Source of the DNA: Candidatus Iainarchaeum sp.
Lineage (GTDB): Archaea; Iainarchaeota; Iainarchaeia; Iainarchaeales; Iainarchaeaceae
Reading direction: 5' to 3'
NCBI GenBank assembly: GCA_043812975.1
Contig: JBDRLP010000040.1
Coordinates: 1-29,304, forward strand
DNA: 29,304 nucleotides
The position numbers were made by a program, and so were the translations under genes. Under the pieces are notes generated by a model. That model searched no databases. It was not told where the DNA came from and was given only the letters and a program-made list of their open reading frames with translations. Positions 1-10,122 of this stretch are shown piece by piece. The first letter of the stretch is position 1. Each line of letters begins with the position of its first letter.

Positions 1-52
1 TTAGAAAAGAAAAAATTTAGTAAAAGAAACTAACGCAAAAAAAGGCGAAAAC

Positions 53-1710
53 ATGAAAGGATTGAAAGAACTAAAAAAAGCAAAAAAAGGCAGCATTGTG
101 CCAATTTACGAAACAATGAACAGGTTAAGCAATGCTGAAGAGTACTTCGAAAAAATCAGTGATTACGGAAGAAAAAAGAACTCAATCCTACTAGAGAGTG
201 CAGACATAGTTACAAGGTACGGAGAAAAAAGCATTGGTTCAGCAGACCCTTGTCTGAAAGTAAAAGGAAAAGGAGAAAAATTTGAAATTACTGCATTAAA
301 TAATTTAGGAAAAAAGTTCCTGAAAGCAATTAAAAAAGATTTGAGTTTTTGTGATTCATTAAAATCCAGTAAAAACAAAATTAGCGGAACACTCAAAGCA
401 GGAAAAAAAGTTTTAAGCGAAAAAGAAAGATTAAGAGAAAAAACCCACGCAGATATTATGAGAGCAATTGCATTCAAACTCAAACCAGTGTACAAGCCAT
501 TTGAGGTTTATGCTGGTTTAATGGGAGCAATTGCATATGATTTTATTGACCAGTTTGAAAAGCTTCCAAAAAGCAAGAAAGATATTCTGAAAGAACCTGA
601 TTACGAAATGAATTTCTATGACAACTTGTTTCTGATTGATCATAAGAAAAAGCGGATTACTTTTATTGCAAATGCATTAATTTTTGATGAGAAAGATAAG
701 AAAAAAGAATTGAAAAGATGCGAAGGAATTATTGAAAATTATAAAAAAGCACTGAACTCAAAAATTCCGCTTGGTAAAAAACCCAGTGGAAAGAAACCAG
801 TAATAAAAACGGATACAAATAAAAAAGAGTTCATAAAAATTGTTTCAGATTTGAAAAAGCATGTTCTGTAGGAGATGTTTTTCAGGTTGTTCCGTCAAGA
901 ACAATTATTTCTACTTACACTTCTGAACCACTGGACATTTATGATTCTTTAAGAAAATTAAACCCAAGCCCTTACATGTTTTACTTCAACAACAGCACAG
1001 GAATCTTATTGGGTTCAAGTCCAGAAACATTCATCAAAGTTGATGGAAAAAGAAAAAAGAAAATTCAGATAAGACCGATTGCAGGAACTGTTCCAAGAGG
1101 TAAAAAGAATGGAAAAATTGACAAGAAGCTTGATGAAAAATATGCAAATCAATTGAGAAATGATAAAAAGGAAATGGCAGAGCACACAATGCTTATTGAT
1201 TTGGCAAGAAACGATGTGGCTAAGGTTTCAGTAGCTGGAACCAGAGTATGTGATAAACCATATTCTGTTGAGAAATACTCGCATGTACAGCACCTTGTTA
1301 GTTACGTTTCAGGGGTTTTAAAGCCTGATTTGGACGTATTACACGCTTATTTAGCTTCTATGAATATGGGTACATTAACCGGAGCTCCTAAAGTAGAAGC
1401 AATGAAATTAATCAGAAAAAGCGAAAAAACAAGAAGAGGTTTCTACGGAGGAAGCATTGGCTACCTAACACCAAGCGGAGATTTTGATTCTGCTATTGTA
1501 ATCAGAAGCATGAGTTTACAAAAAGGAAAAGCATATGTAAGAGCAGGAGCCGGAATTGTTTATGATTCCAAACCGGAAAAGGAATTCTTAGAAACTGAAA
1601 AGAAAGCAAGGGCTGCTTTGAAAGCAATTGAGCTGGCTGAGAGCCGCAAGCCCGCGGCTGTAGGGCGTAGGGCACAAGGCCCAACTGTAATGGTAGGCGT
1701 TAGAAAATGA
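53..1710 (+). pseudogene. trpE: Anthranilate synthase component I, split by a 1-nt frameshift at ~866-870 (true lesion or assembly error)
   Basis: ORF 53-871 has the LLESAD motif and ends KKHVL*. The -1 frame continues (V)GDVFQVVPSR...NPSPYMF...MNMGTLTGAPK...AGAGIV into ORF 976-1710. Confidence 0.9.
1642..1700. repeat. GC-rich hairpin element in the trpE 3' end, distantly related to the repeat family
   Basis: Hairpins AGCCGC-AAGCCC-GCGGCT and GGGC-ACAAG-GCCC. Shares AGCCGCAA and CAACTGT with the 24551 copy. Encodes a non-TrpE tail SRKPAAVGRRAQGPTVMVGVRK. Confidence 0.5.
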
Positions 1711-2300
1711 AAATATTACTGATTGATAATTTTGATTCTTTTACTTATAATTTAGTTGATGAGTTTGAGAAAAGAAAATGTAAAGTGGAAGTTTACAGAA
1801 ATGATGTTCCGATAAAAACAATTAAGGAAATTGTGAAAAAAATGAAAGCAGATTTAATTGTAATTTCACCAGGACCAAGCACTCCAAAAAAAGCAGGCAA
1901 CAGCATGAAAATTATTAAAGAATTCAAAGGAAAAAAACCAATCTTCGGAGTTTGTTTAGGGGAACAAAGTATTATTGAAGCGCTTGGAGGAAAAGTTGGT
2001 AAAACCTTTGAAACAATTCATGGAAAAGCATCATTAATTAAGCACAATAACCAAGGTATTTTCAAAGGATTAAAAAATCCTTTTAGTGCTGGAAGATATC
2101 ATTCGCTTTCAGGACAAATAATTCCAAACGAGCTTGAAGTAAGTGCAAAAAGTTATTCGGGAATAGTAATGGGAGTTGCTCATAAAGAATATTTCCTAGA
2201 AGGAGTTCAGTTTCATCCTGAAAGTTTCCTTACTCCTGATGGTGGAAAAATTTTTGATAATGTTTTGAAAATGGTTAAATCAAAAGGAGTGAAAAAATGA
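1707..2300 (+). CDS. trpG: Anthranilate synthase component II (glutamine amidotransferase)
   Basis: IDNFDSFTYNL, SPGP, GVCLG and GVQFHPES motifs; ATGA overlap with trpE. Confidence 0.95.
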   Translation: MKILLIDNFDSFTYNLVDEFEKRKCKVEVYRNDVPIKTIKEIVKKMKADLIVISPGPSTPKKAGNSMKIIKEFKGKKPIFGVCLGEQSIIEALGGKVGKTFETIHGKASLIKHNNQGIFKGLKNPFSAGRYHSLSGQIIPNELEVSAKSYSGIVMGVAHKEYFLEGVQFHPESFLTPDGGKIFDNVLKMVKSKGVKK

Positions 2301-2383
2301 TTAATGTCCTACCGAGTCCATCCCTAAAGGGCGAGGTGGACGCGTACCCAACCGACGCAACGGTTGTGGGGGTGAAAAAATGA
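2297..2383 (+). CDS. 28-aa mini-ORF formed by the repeat element ([28 protein letters not shown])
   Basis: Its ATG overlaps the trpG TGA and its TGA overlaps the trpD ATG. Read manually; below the ORF-track length cutoff. Confidence 0.45.
   Translation: MINVLPSPSLKGEVDAYPTDATVVGVKK
2306..2366. repeat. Structured GC-rich repeat, copy A
   Basis: GTCCTACCGA...GAGGTGGACGCG-TACC-CAACCG-ACGCAA-CGGTTG; matches copies at 3399 and 24551. Confidence 0.85.
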
Positions 2384-3393
2384 TTTTGGAAGCAACTGAA
2401 AAAATTTCTGGGAAAAATAATCTCACTAGAGAAGAAGCAAAGGTGGTTTTTGATGAAATAATGAAAGGCAAAGCAACTCACGAACAGATTGTGAAACTCT
2501 TACTTGCACTGAATGAAAAAGGAGAATCAATTGAAGAAATACAAGGTGCTTGTGAATCAATGAGAAGTGTTGTTGCTAAAGTTACTTACTCAGGAGATGA
2601 AGATATTCTTGATGTTGTAGGAACCGGAGGAGACGGCAAAAGTTCTTTTAATGTTTCAACAACAAGCGCAATCGTGGCTGCTGGAGCAGGATGCATAGTT
2701 GCAAAGCATGGAAACAGAAGTGTTTCAAGTAAAAGCGGTGCTGCAGATGTGCTTGAAGCTTTAGGAGTTAATATTGAAACAAGTGCTGAGAGGAATTCTG
2801 AAATTTTGTCAAAAATTGGACTAGCCTTTATGTTTGCACCTAAACACCATCCTGCAATGAAGTATGCAATCGGTCCAAGAAAAGAAATTGGAAAAAGAAC
2901 AATATTCAATATTCTAGGGCCTATAACAAATCCGGCAAATGCTAATACTTATCTTTTAGGTGCTTATAGTGAGGAATTGGCTGAAAAACTGGCTTTTGTA
3001 CTGGCTGGATTAGACACAAAACATGCATTAGTAGTGCATGGTTCAGGGTTTGATGAAGCTACTTTAACCGGTAAAACAACAGTTTTTGCAGTATTAGATG
3101 GAAAAGTAGGAAAAACTGAAATAACTCCTGAACAGTTTGGATTGAAACTCTGTAAGGAAGAAGATCTGGCTGTGGAAAATGCTAAAGAATCCTCTGAGAT
3201 TGTAAAGAAAATTTTGAAAGGAGAAGAACAGGGAGCTAAAAGGAATACAATTCTTCTGAATGCTGGAATTGCAATTTTTGCTAATGGAAAAGCAAAAAGT
3301 ATTGAAGAAGGGATTGAGAAAGCAAGAGGAAGTATTGATTCCGGAAAAGCATTGGAAAAATTAAATTTACTTATAGAGGAGAGTAATAAATGA
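2380..3393 (+). CDS. trpD: Anthranilate phosphoribosyltransferase
   Basis: [35 protein letters not shown] and RTIFNILGP motifs. Confidence 0.97.
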   Translation: MILEATEKISGKNNLTREEAKVVFDEIMKGKATHEQIVKLLLALNEKGESIEEIQGACESMRSVVAKVTYSGDEDILDVVGTGGDGKSSFNVSTTSAIVAAGAGCIVAKHGNRSVSSKSGAADVLEALGVNIETSAERNSEILSKIGLAFMFAPKHHPAMKYAIGPRKEIGKRTIFNILGPITNPANANTYLLGAYSEELAEKLAFVLAGLDTKHALVVHGSGFDEATLTGKTTVFAVLDGKVGKTEITPEQFGLKLCKEEDLAVENAKESSEIVKKILKGEEQGAKRNTILLNAGIAIFANGKAKSIEEGIEKARGSIDSGKALEKLNLLIEESNK

Positions 3394-3398
3394 TTAAT

Positions 3399-3450
3399 GT
3401 CCTACCGAAGGTGGACGCCGCCCGAAGGGCGTCCACTGACGCAACAGTGG
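3399..3450. repeat. Structured GC-rich repeat, copy B
   Basis: 21-nt identity (3388-3408) with 2295-2315; contains GGTGGACGC and CCACTG-ACGCAA-CAGTGG. Confidence 0.85.
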
Positions 3451-3464
3451 GAGGGGACCAACAA

Positions 3465-4850
3465 ATGAAATTTCTTGAAAAAGTTAAGAAGATTAAGCTC
3501 AGGGAAGTTGAGCAGAGAAAAAAGAAAGTTCCTTTGGAAAAGCTAAAGAAAAGTGTGAAGGAAGGGAAAAGGGTTTTTGCAAAGGCATTGAAAGGGAAGA
3601 AAAATGTTTCTTTGATTGCTGAATTCAAGAAAAGTTCTCCTTCAAGAGGAAAAATAAATTCAAACGCGTCACTGAAAGAATTCATTTCACTTTATGATGA
3701 GTATTGCGATTGCATTTCTATTCTAACTGAAGAAAAATATTTTTCAGGAAAACTTGATTTTATAAAACAAGCCAAGAGGTATACGCGAAAGCCTATTCTT
3801 AGAAAAGATTTCATTCTGGATGAATATCAGGTGTATGAAGCAAGGGCTTATGGTGCTGATGCTGTTCTTTTGATTGCTGGTTTTGTTTCTGAAAAGAAAT
3901 TAAAAGAACTTGTAAAGGTTATTGAAAAATTAGGAATGGATGCTTTAGTGGAAGCTGATTCTGCCGTGGGGTTGGAAAAAGCAATTGCTTCTGGTTCAAA
4001 ATTAATCGGGATTAACAACAGAAACCTTAATACTTTAAAAAAAGATTTTTCACGAACTGAAAAACTTTTGAAAACAATTTCACCTAAAAAAAGAAAACAA
4101 CTTACAATTGTTTCTGAATCTGCAATTGATTCACAAAAACAAGTTGAATCTTTGAAAGGAAAAACTGATGCTGTTTTAGTTGGCAGTGCAATAATGAGTT
4201 TTCCTGTTCCAAGAGTTAAACTTAGAGAACTAAGTGGAAAAACTCTTGTGAAAGTGTGTGGGATTACAAACAAAAAGGATGCACGAGATGCAGTAAAATT
4301 AGGTGCTGATGTAATTGGATTAAACTTTTACAAAAAAAGCCCGAGGTTTGTTAGTGTAAAACAAGCAAAAGAGATTGCAAAAGTTTTGAGGGGAAAGGTT
4401 TTGGTTGCAGGTGTTTTTGTAAATGAAAAAAAAGCAAGAGTGAAAAAGATTGCAAAGCAGGTTGGTTTGGATATTATTCAGTTTTCCGGAACAGAAAAAC
4501 CAAATTATGTAAATAGTTTTAAGATTCCAGTGATTAAGGCAATTCATATAAAAAACAAAAGTAGCGTTTCTGCTGCGGAGAGTTTTGATTCTGAAATGAT
4601 TATGGTTGATTCTTTTGTGAAAGGAGAATTTGGTGGCACAGGAAAAGCAATAAATCCAAAACTTGTTAATAAGGCTAAAATTAGCCAGAAACTAGTGTTT
4701 TCAGGGGGTTTGAGGCCAAATAATGTGGCTGGAGTCATAAAAAAATTCAATCCTTTGATGATTGATGTCTGCTCCGGAATTGAGAAAGAACCAGGGAAGA
4801 AAAGCTTAATTAAAATGAAATCCTTTATTAGGCAGGTGAGGGGAGTATGA
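3465..4850 (+). CDS. trpCF: Bifunctional indole-3-glycerol-phosphate synthase / phosphoribosylanthranilate isomerase; an in-frame upstream ATG at 3390 adds 25 repeat-derived residues
   Basis: [24 protein letters not shown] and GINNRNL (TrpC), then VKVCGIT, FGGTG and IDVCSGIE (TrpF). GGAGG lies upstream of ATG 3465. Confidence 0.93.
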   Translation: MKFLEKVKKIKLREVEQRKKKVPLEKLKKSVKEGKRVFAKALKGKKNVSLIAEFKKSSPSRGKINSNASLKEFISLYDEYCDCISILTEEKYFSGKLDFIKQAKRYTRKPILRKDFILDEYQVYEARAYGADAVLLIAGFVSEKKLKELVKVIEKLGMDALVEADSAVGLEKAIASGSKLIGINNRNLNTLKKDFSRTEKLLKTISPKKRKQLTIVSESAIDSQKQVESLKGKTDAVLVGSAIMSFPVPRVKLRELSGKTLVKVCGITNKKDARDAVKLGADVIGLNFYKKSPRFVSVKQAKEIAKVLRGKVLVAGVFVNEKKARVKKIAKQVGLDIIQFSGTEKPNYVNSFKIPVIKAIHIKNKSSVSAAESFDSEMIMVDSFVKGEFGGTGKAINPKLVNKAKISQKLVFSGGLRPNNVAGVIKKFNPLMIDVCSGIEKEPGKKSLIKMKSFIRQVRGV

Positions 4851-6028
4851 AAGGTTACTTTGAGCAATATGGCGGACAGTTTGTTCCTGAAACTCTAATG
4901 CCAGCTGTGAACGAACTTGAAAAAGCATTCTACAAATACAAAAAAAATAAAAAATTCAACAAAGAACTGAATGAATTATTGAAAGATTTTGTAGGAAGAC
5001 CAACTGCTATTACTTATGCCCCCTCTTTGAGCAAAAAATATGGTTGTAAAATTTATCTGAAAAGAGAAGACCTTGCCCACACAGGAGCACATAAAATAAA
5101 CAATGCGATTGGCCAGGCACTTTTAGCTAAAAAAATGGGAAAGAAAAGAATTATTGCTGAAACAGGAGCTGGCCAGCACGGAGTTGCAACAGCAATTGCA
5201 TGTGCAATGCTTGGTTTAGAGTGTCATGTTTATATGGGTGAAGTTGATATTGAAAGGCAGAAGCCGAATGTTTTCAGAATGAAACTTGCAGGAGCAGAAG
5301 TTGTTCCTGTTTCAAGTGGTTCTAAAACTTTGAAAGATGCAATCAATGAAGCACTGAGAGACTGGACTGCTAATGTGGAAACCACACATTATTTGCTTGG
5401 TTCCGTGTTAGGACCGCACCCGTATCCTGAAATGGTTGCTTACTTCCAGAGCATTATTGGAAAGGAAGCAAGAAAACAGATTCTTGCTAAAGAAAATAAA
5501 CTTCCTAAAGCAATTATTGCATGCGTTGGCGGAGGCTCCAATGCAATCGGAATTTTCAAAGCTTTTTTGAATGATAAAAATGTTGAACTCATTGGTGTTG
5601 AGGCAGGTGGCTTAGGAATTAAAGGCGGAAAGCACGCTGCAAGGTTTGCGGATAAAAAAATCGGAAGAAAAGGAGTACTGCATGGAACACTAACTTATGT
5701 TCTGCAGGATAAAGCCGGACAAATTTACAATACCCATTCAATATCTGCTGGATTGGATTACTCAGCAGTGGGTCCGGAGCACTCCATGCTGCGCGATTTG
5801 AAAAGGGCAAAGTATTTTTACGCAACGGACAAGGAAGCACTTGACGCATTCAGGATTCTTTCTGAGAAGGAAGGAATTATTCCTGCGCTTGAGAGCGCGC
5901 ACGCGGTTGCTTATGCATTAAAGTACGCAAAGAAATGCAAAAAGAATGATATTATCCTAATTAATATTTCAGGAAGAGGAGACAAGGATTTGGAATCTGT
6001 TTCGAAAGCACTGGGGGAGAGGATATGA
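4847..6028 (+). CDS. trpB: Tryptophan synthase beta chain (TrpB1)
   Basis: [42 protein letters not shown] and SGRGDKD motifs. Confidence 0.98.
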   Translation: MKGYFEQYGGQFVPETLMPAVNELEKAFYKYKKNKKFNKELNELLKDFVGRPTAITYAPSLSKKYGCKIYLKREDLAHTGAHKINNAIGQALLAKKMGKKRIIAETGAGQHGVATAIACAMLGLECHVYMGEVDIERQKPNVFRMKLAGAEVVPVSSGSKTLKDAINEALRDWTANVETTHYLLGSVLGPHPYPEMVAYFQSIIGKEARKQILAKENKLPKAIIACVGGGSNAIGIFKAFLNDKNVELIGVEAGGLGIKGGKHAARFADKKIGRKGVLHGTLTYVLQDKAGQIYNTHSISAGLDYSAVGPEHSMLRDLKRAKYFYATDKEALDAFRILSEKEGIIPALESAHAVAYALKYAKKCKKNDIILINISGRGDKDLESVSKALGERI

Positions 6029-6435
6029 GACCAAATATTAAATCAAGATTAAGGCACCCGAAGATTGAATTTAGTAATGAAAGAATGTCATTTCTTTGCC
6101 CCGATACTCACAATCATTTTGTCAGAGCACATCGCAAAGGAGAACTTGTCACAACTAGAATGAAATTAAGAGGAAAATCTGTTAGAGTTATTTTTAAGAG
6201 TGTTGAAATTGTTGCTGGAAAATTCAGATCAATTCAACAGACCGAGAAAAAGTACAATGGGATTCCCGCAGCTTATGTTCCTAAAACAGATTTATACTAT
6301 AGAGCCAATGTACAGCCAGATGGTTCCATTAGTCTTACTGATGTTTATGATAGGACTTTGTATATGAGCGATGGCATTATACCAAGTTTCGGACCAACAA
6401 AAGAAGTCAGAGAACTTTTAGAGGGAGCAAAATGA
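6025..6435 (+). CDS. Hypothetical protein inserted between trpB and trpA
   Basis: 136-aa ORF with ATGA overlaps at both ends; no recognisable motif. Confidence 0.75.
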   Translation: MRPNIKSRLRHPKIEFSNERMSFLCPDTHNHFVRAHRKGELVTTRMKLRGKSVRVIFKSVEIVAGKFRSIQQTEKKYNGIPAAYVPKTDLYYRANVQPDGSISLTDVYDRTLYMSDGIIPSFGPTKEVRELLEGAK

Positions 6436-7232
6436 CCCGTTACAAAGAAAAGTTCGCGGAACTGAAAAAAAAGAAAGAAGGAGCTTTCATTCCGTTTGTT
6501 GTTCTGGGAGACCCTGATTTTGATACTTCTAAAAGAATACTTAATAAAATGGCTAAACATGCGGATATCCTTGAATTGGGGTTTCCTTTTTCAGATCCTA
6601 TTGCTGATGGAAAAAGAATTCAGGCTGCTGATGAAAGAGCTCTAAAAGCCAAAATTACCCCAAATAAGTGCTTTCAGCTCATAAAGCAAGTTCGGAAAAG
6701 AAACAAAAAAATTCCAATTGGATTGCTTGTATACTACAATCTTGTTTACTCAAACGGAGTTGAAAATTTTCTGAAAAAAGCAAAAAGAGCAGGTGTTGAT
6801 GGAATTCTTGTAGCTGATATGCCAATAGAAGAAGCAGGAGAAATACAGGAAACTTGTGAAAAAATTGGTTTGGAACAAATCTTTATCGTAGCACCAACAA
6901 CAAAAGGAAGCAGAATGAGAGAAGTTGCTTCAAAATCAAAAGGATTTATTTACACTGTCGGAGTCCTTGGAGTAACAGGAGAAAGGAAAAGTGTTGGAAG
7001 CTCAACCATAAAACTTGTAAAAGCAATTAAAAAGAATTCAAAAGTACCTGTGTGTGTTGGTTTTGGGATTTCAAAACCAGAACACGTGAAAAAAATTATT
7101 AAAAGCGGTGCTGACGGAGCCATTGTTGGTTCTGCAGTTGAAACTATTATTGAAAAGAATCTTGGAAATAAGAAAAAAATGCTTTTGCAATTGGAAAACT
7201 TTTTCAAGAAAATGAAAGAGGCAACAAAATGA
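6432..7232 (+). CDS. trpA: Tryptophan synthase alpha chain
   Basis: LELGFPFSDPIADG, GVTG, VGFGIS and GADGAIVGSA motifs. Confidence 0.97.
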   Translation: MTRYKEKFAELKKKKEGAFIPFVVLGDPDFDTSKRILNKMAKHADILELGFPFSDPIADGKRIQAADERALKAKITPNKCFQLIKQVRKRNKKIPIGLLVYYNLVYSNGVENFLKKAKRAGVDGILVADMPIEEAGEIQETCEKIGLEQIFIVAPTTKGSRMREVASKSKGFIYTVGVLGVTGERKSVGSSTIKLVKAIKKNSKVPVCVGFGISKPEHVKKIIKSGADGAIVGSAVETIIEKNLGNKKKMLLQLENFFKKMKEATK

Positions 7233-8485
7233 AAGAAATTAAACCAGTCCGGAAACTGGACGCAGTTTTTCAGGCACCTCCTTCAAAAGCATATACATTA
7301 CGGGCGTTATTCATTGCATCTCTTGCAAAAGGTAAAAGTGTTTTGAAAAATGCTTTGAATGCAGAAGACCAGCAGTACGCTGCAAAAGCTCTGAATGCAT
7401 TCGGCGCAAAAATTGAGTTTGATGGAAAGGATTTTCTGGTTGAAGGAACAGGAGGAAACCTGAAAGCTCCAAGTGAAACTGTTTTTGTTGAAAACTCAGG
7501 AGTAACGGCAAGGTTTTTGATTCCGCTGGCTGCTTTAGCAGAGGGAGATTCTGTTATTGATGGGAATGAAAGAATGAGACAAAGGCCTTTACAGGATTTG
7601 ATTGATTCTTTGGAACTTGTAGGGGTTGAAGCAAAGGCCACTAATGATTGTCCCCCGGTAAATGTTAAGGGAAAAAGTTTTCACGGGGGAATTACAAATA
7701 TTCTTGGGGATAAAAGTTCACAATATTTAAGCGCAATGCTGATAAGCGGGGCTTACACAAAAAAAGGTTTGCTTGTTCAGGTGGAAGGACCCTTGAAATC
7801 AAAGCCTTATGTGGATATTACAATTGAATGCATGAAAGATTTTGGGATTAAAGTTGTAAATCGGAATTATAAAGAATTTTATGTCAGGGAAAATCAGGTT
7901 TTTGAAGGAAGAGAATATGAAATTGAAGGAGATTTTAGTTCTTCATCTTATTTCTTTGCAGCAGCAGCAGTAACAGGAGGAAAAGTCAGGGTTGAAAACC
8001 TGAAATCTGAATCAAAACAAGGAGATAAATTTTTCTTAGAAGTTCTTGAAGAAATGGGTTGTAAAGTTACTTATGGAGATAATTTTGTAGAGGTTCAGGG
8101 AAGCAAATTAAAGGGTGTTTCAGTAGATATGGCTGATTATCCTGATATTGTGCCTACTCTTGGAATTGTAGCTGCTTTTGCAGACGGAAAAACAACTATC
8201 AATAATATTGAACACCTTGCACTGAAGGAATCCAACAGGATTGAAACAACTGCAAAAAATTTAATGCAATGTGGTGTTCCTGCAGTTGCAAGAGAAGATT
8301 CTCTCGAAATTGTTGGCAAAAAACCAAAAGGAACAGAGATTGAAACTTTTAATGATCACAGAATTGCAATGGCTTTTACAATAATGGGGTTAGCTGTTGA
8401 GGGAATTAAAATTAAGAATCCTGAAGTTGTAAACAAAAGCTTTCCGAACTTTTATAATGAATTTGAAAAAATAATAGGTGTTTAA
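7229..8485 (+). CDS. aroA: 3-phosphoshikimate 1-carboxyvinyltransferase (EPSP synthase)
   Basis: PPSKAY, SSQYLSA, EGDFSS, KESNRI, DHRIAMA and KSFP motifs. Confidence 0.97.
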   Translation: MKEIKPVRKLDAVFQAPPSKAYTLRALFIASLAKGKSVLKNALNAEDQQYAAKALNAFGAKIEFDGKDFLVEGTGGNLKAPSETVFVENSGVTARFLIPLAALAEGDSVIDGNERMRQRPLQDLIDSLELVGVEAKATNDCPPVNVKGKSFHGGITNILGDKSSQYLSAMLISGAYTKKGLLVQVEGPLKSKPYVDITIECMKDFGIKVVNRNYKEFYVRENQVFEGREYEIEGDFSSSSYFFAAAAVTGGKVRVENLKSESKQGDKFFLEVLEEMGCKVTYGDNFVEVQGSKLKGVSVDMADYPDIVPTLGIVAAFADGKTTINNIEHLALKESNRIETTAKNLMQCGVPAVAREDSLEIVGKKPKGTEIETFNDHRIAMAFTIMGLAVEGIKIKNPEVVNKSFPNFYNEFEKIIGV

Positions 8486-9013
8486 ATGGAAATAAAAAGA
8501 AATGTTGCATTGATTGGTTTTCGAGGAACAGGGAAAACCCAAATAGGGAAAAGACTGGCGAAAAGATTAAACATGACGTTTTTTGATACTGATAAGGAAA
8601 TTGTCAGGGAAACAGGAAAAACAATTCCTGAAATTTTTGAGCAGAGTGGAGAATCAGGTTTTAGAGAAATTGAAAAGCAGGTTGTGAAAAGAGTTAGTAG
8701 TATGGATAATGTGTGTATTTCCTGCGGAGGTGGAGTTGTTTTGTTCGAGGAGAACATTGAACACCTGAAAAAGGACGCAACCATAATTTTATTAGAAGCA
8801 GATGCGAAAACTATTTACCGTAGAATTAAAAGGAACAGGGACAGACCTGCTCTGACTGAAAAGGAAGGCATTGAAGAGGTTAAGCATTTGTTGAGTGAAA
8901 GGGAAGAGCTTTATCAGAACGCAGGTGATTACAAAATTAATACTTCATATGATACACTTGATGAGTGTGTTCAGAAAATTGTTGATGTGATGAATGAGGC
9001 TGGGTTATTATGA
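8486..9013 (+). CDS. aroK: Shikimate kinase (bacterial AroK, NMP-kinase fold)
   Basis: LIGFRGTGKT P-loop, DTD, GESGFREIE, CGGGVV and RPAL motifs. Confidence 0.95.
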   Translation: MEIKRNVALIGFRGTGKTQIGKRLAKRLNMTFFDTDKEIVRETGKTIPEIFEQSGESGFREIEKQVVKRVSSMDNVCISCGGGVVLFEENIEHLKKDATIILLEADAKTIYRRIKRNRDRPALTEKEGIEEVKHLLSEREELYQNAGDYKINTSYDTLDECVQKIVDVMNEAGLL

Positions 9014-10122
9014 AAGTTAAGGTTAATTTGAAAAAGAAAGTTGATTGTGGTTATGATATTCTTATCAAAGCAGGTTTAAGCAAAAATCTTGCAAGACAAA
9101 TTATAAAGGATAATTTTGGAAATTCTTATTGTATTATTACAGATTCTAATATGAAAAGGATTTTTGGAAAAAAATTAGTAAAGCAATTTAAAAAAATGAA
9201 AGTAAAAGTAGATATTATTTCTTTTTCCGCAGGAGAAAAAAACAAGAACCTAAAAACCGTGGAAAAAATTCTTGACCAGATGCTTGCAAAAGGATTTGAC
9301 AGAAAAAGTTGCGTAGTTGCTCTTGGGGGAGGAATCGTCGGAGATATTGCTGGTTTTTGTGCTGCTACTTATAAAAGAGGTATTAGATTTATTCAGATTC
9401 CGACCACGCTTTTGGCAATGGTTGATTCAAGCATTGGCGGAAAAACAGGAGTTAATCTTTCAAGGGGGAAAAATAGTGTTGGAACGTTTACCCAGCCTCA
9501 GAAAGTTTATGTTTGCCCTGAATTCCTAGATTCCCTGGCCCAAAGGGAAATCAGGAATGGTTTGGCTGAGATTGTAAAGCATGCAGTACTTAGGGATGCT
9601 AAATTCTTTGATTACATTGATAAAAACGTACAAAAACTACTGGTTTGTGACAAAAAAACGCTTGTTAAAGTAGTAAAGAGAAATTGCGAAATCAAGGCAA
9701 AAGTGGTTGAAAAGGATGAAAAAGAAGGAAATTACAGGAGAATTGTCAACTTTGGGCATACTATCGGACATGCTATTGAAATTCTTGGAAATTATAAATC
9801 ACATGGCCATGGCGAAGCTGTTGCTATTGGAATGGTTGTGGAATCTGAAATATCAAAAGAACTTGGGCTTCTTAAAGAGAACGAGGTTCAGAGAATAGAA
9901 AAACTTCTACATAAAATTGGTTTGCCTGTGAGGATTCCGAAAGGGGAAAAATATTCTTTAAACAAAATTTTTGAATTAACAAAAAGTGACAAAAAAACAA
10001 TTTCCGGAAAAGTTTACTATTCACTTCCTGAAAAAATCGGAAAAATGCATTCAAAAAAAGGATCATTCGGAACTAAAGTAGATAAAAAAATTATTATGAA
10101 AGCTTTGAGGAGATACTCATGA
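9010..10122 (+). CDS. aroB: 3-dehydroquinate synthase
   Basis: ALGGGIVGD, PTTLLAMVDSSIGGKTGVN, NFGHTIGHAIE and HGEAVAIG motifs. Confidence 0.97.
   Translation: MKVKVNLKKKVDCGYDILIKAGLSKNLARQIIKDNFGNSYCIITDSNMKRIFGKKLVKQFKKMKVKVDIISFSAGEKNKNLKTVEKILDQMLAKGFDRKSCVVALGGGIVGDIAGFCAATYKRGIRFIQIPTTLLAMVDSSIGGKTGVNLSRGKNSVGTFTQPQKVYVCPEFLDSLAQREIRNGLAEIVKHAVLRDAKFFDYIDKNVQKLLVCDKKTLVKVVKRNCEIKAKVVEKDEKEGNYRRIVNFGHTIGHAIEILGNYKSHGHGEAVAIGMVVESEISKELGLLKENEVQRIEKLLHKIGLPVRIPKGEKYSLNKIFELTKSDKKTISGKVYYSLPEKIGKMHSKKGSFGTKVDKKIIMKALRRYS

Noticed and set aside
1..52. Possible 3' end of an upstream gene (stop at 31-33)
   Set aside because: Too short to identify.
869..871. TAG readthrough (pyrrolysine or recoded stop) in trpE
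   Set aside because: The downstream TrpE sequence is in a different frame, and TAG is an ordinary stop for the PEPCK-like gene and carA.
2297..2383. Classical trp attenuator leader peptide
   Set aside because: It has no Trp codons and no U-tract terminator, and it lies inside the operon.
2295..3450. CRISPR array or tRNA interpretation of the repeats
   Set aside because: The copies are dispersed with no regular spacers, no cloverleaf or T-loop consensus, and no cas genes.
2300..3465. Repeat copies A and B as BHB introns
   Set aside because: I could not find a convincing 4-bp helix flanked by 3-nt bulges at their boundaries.
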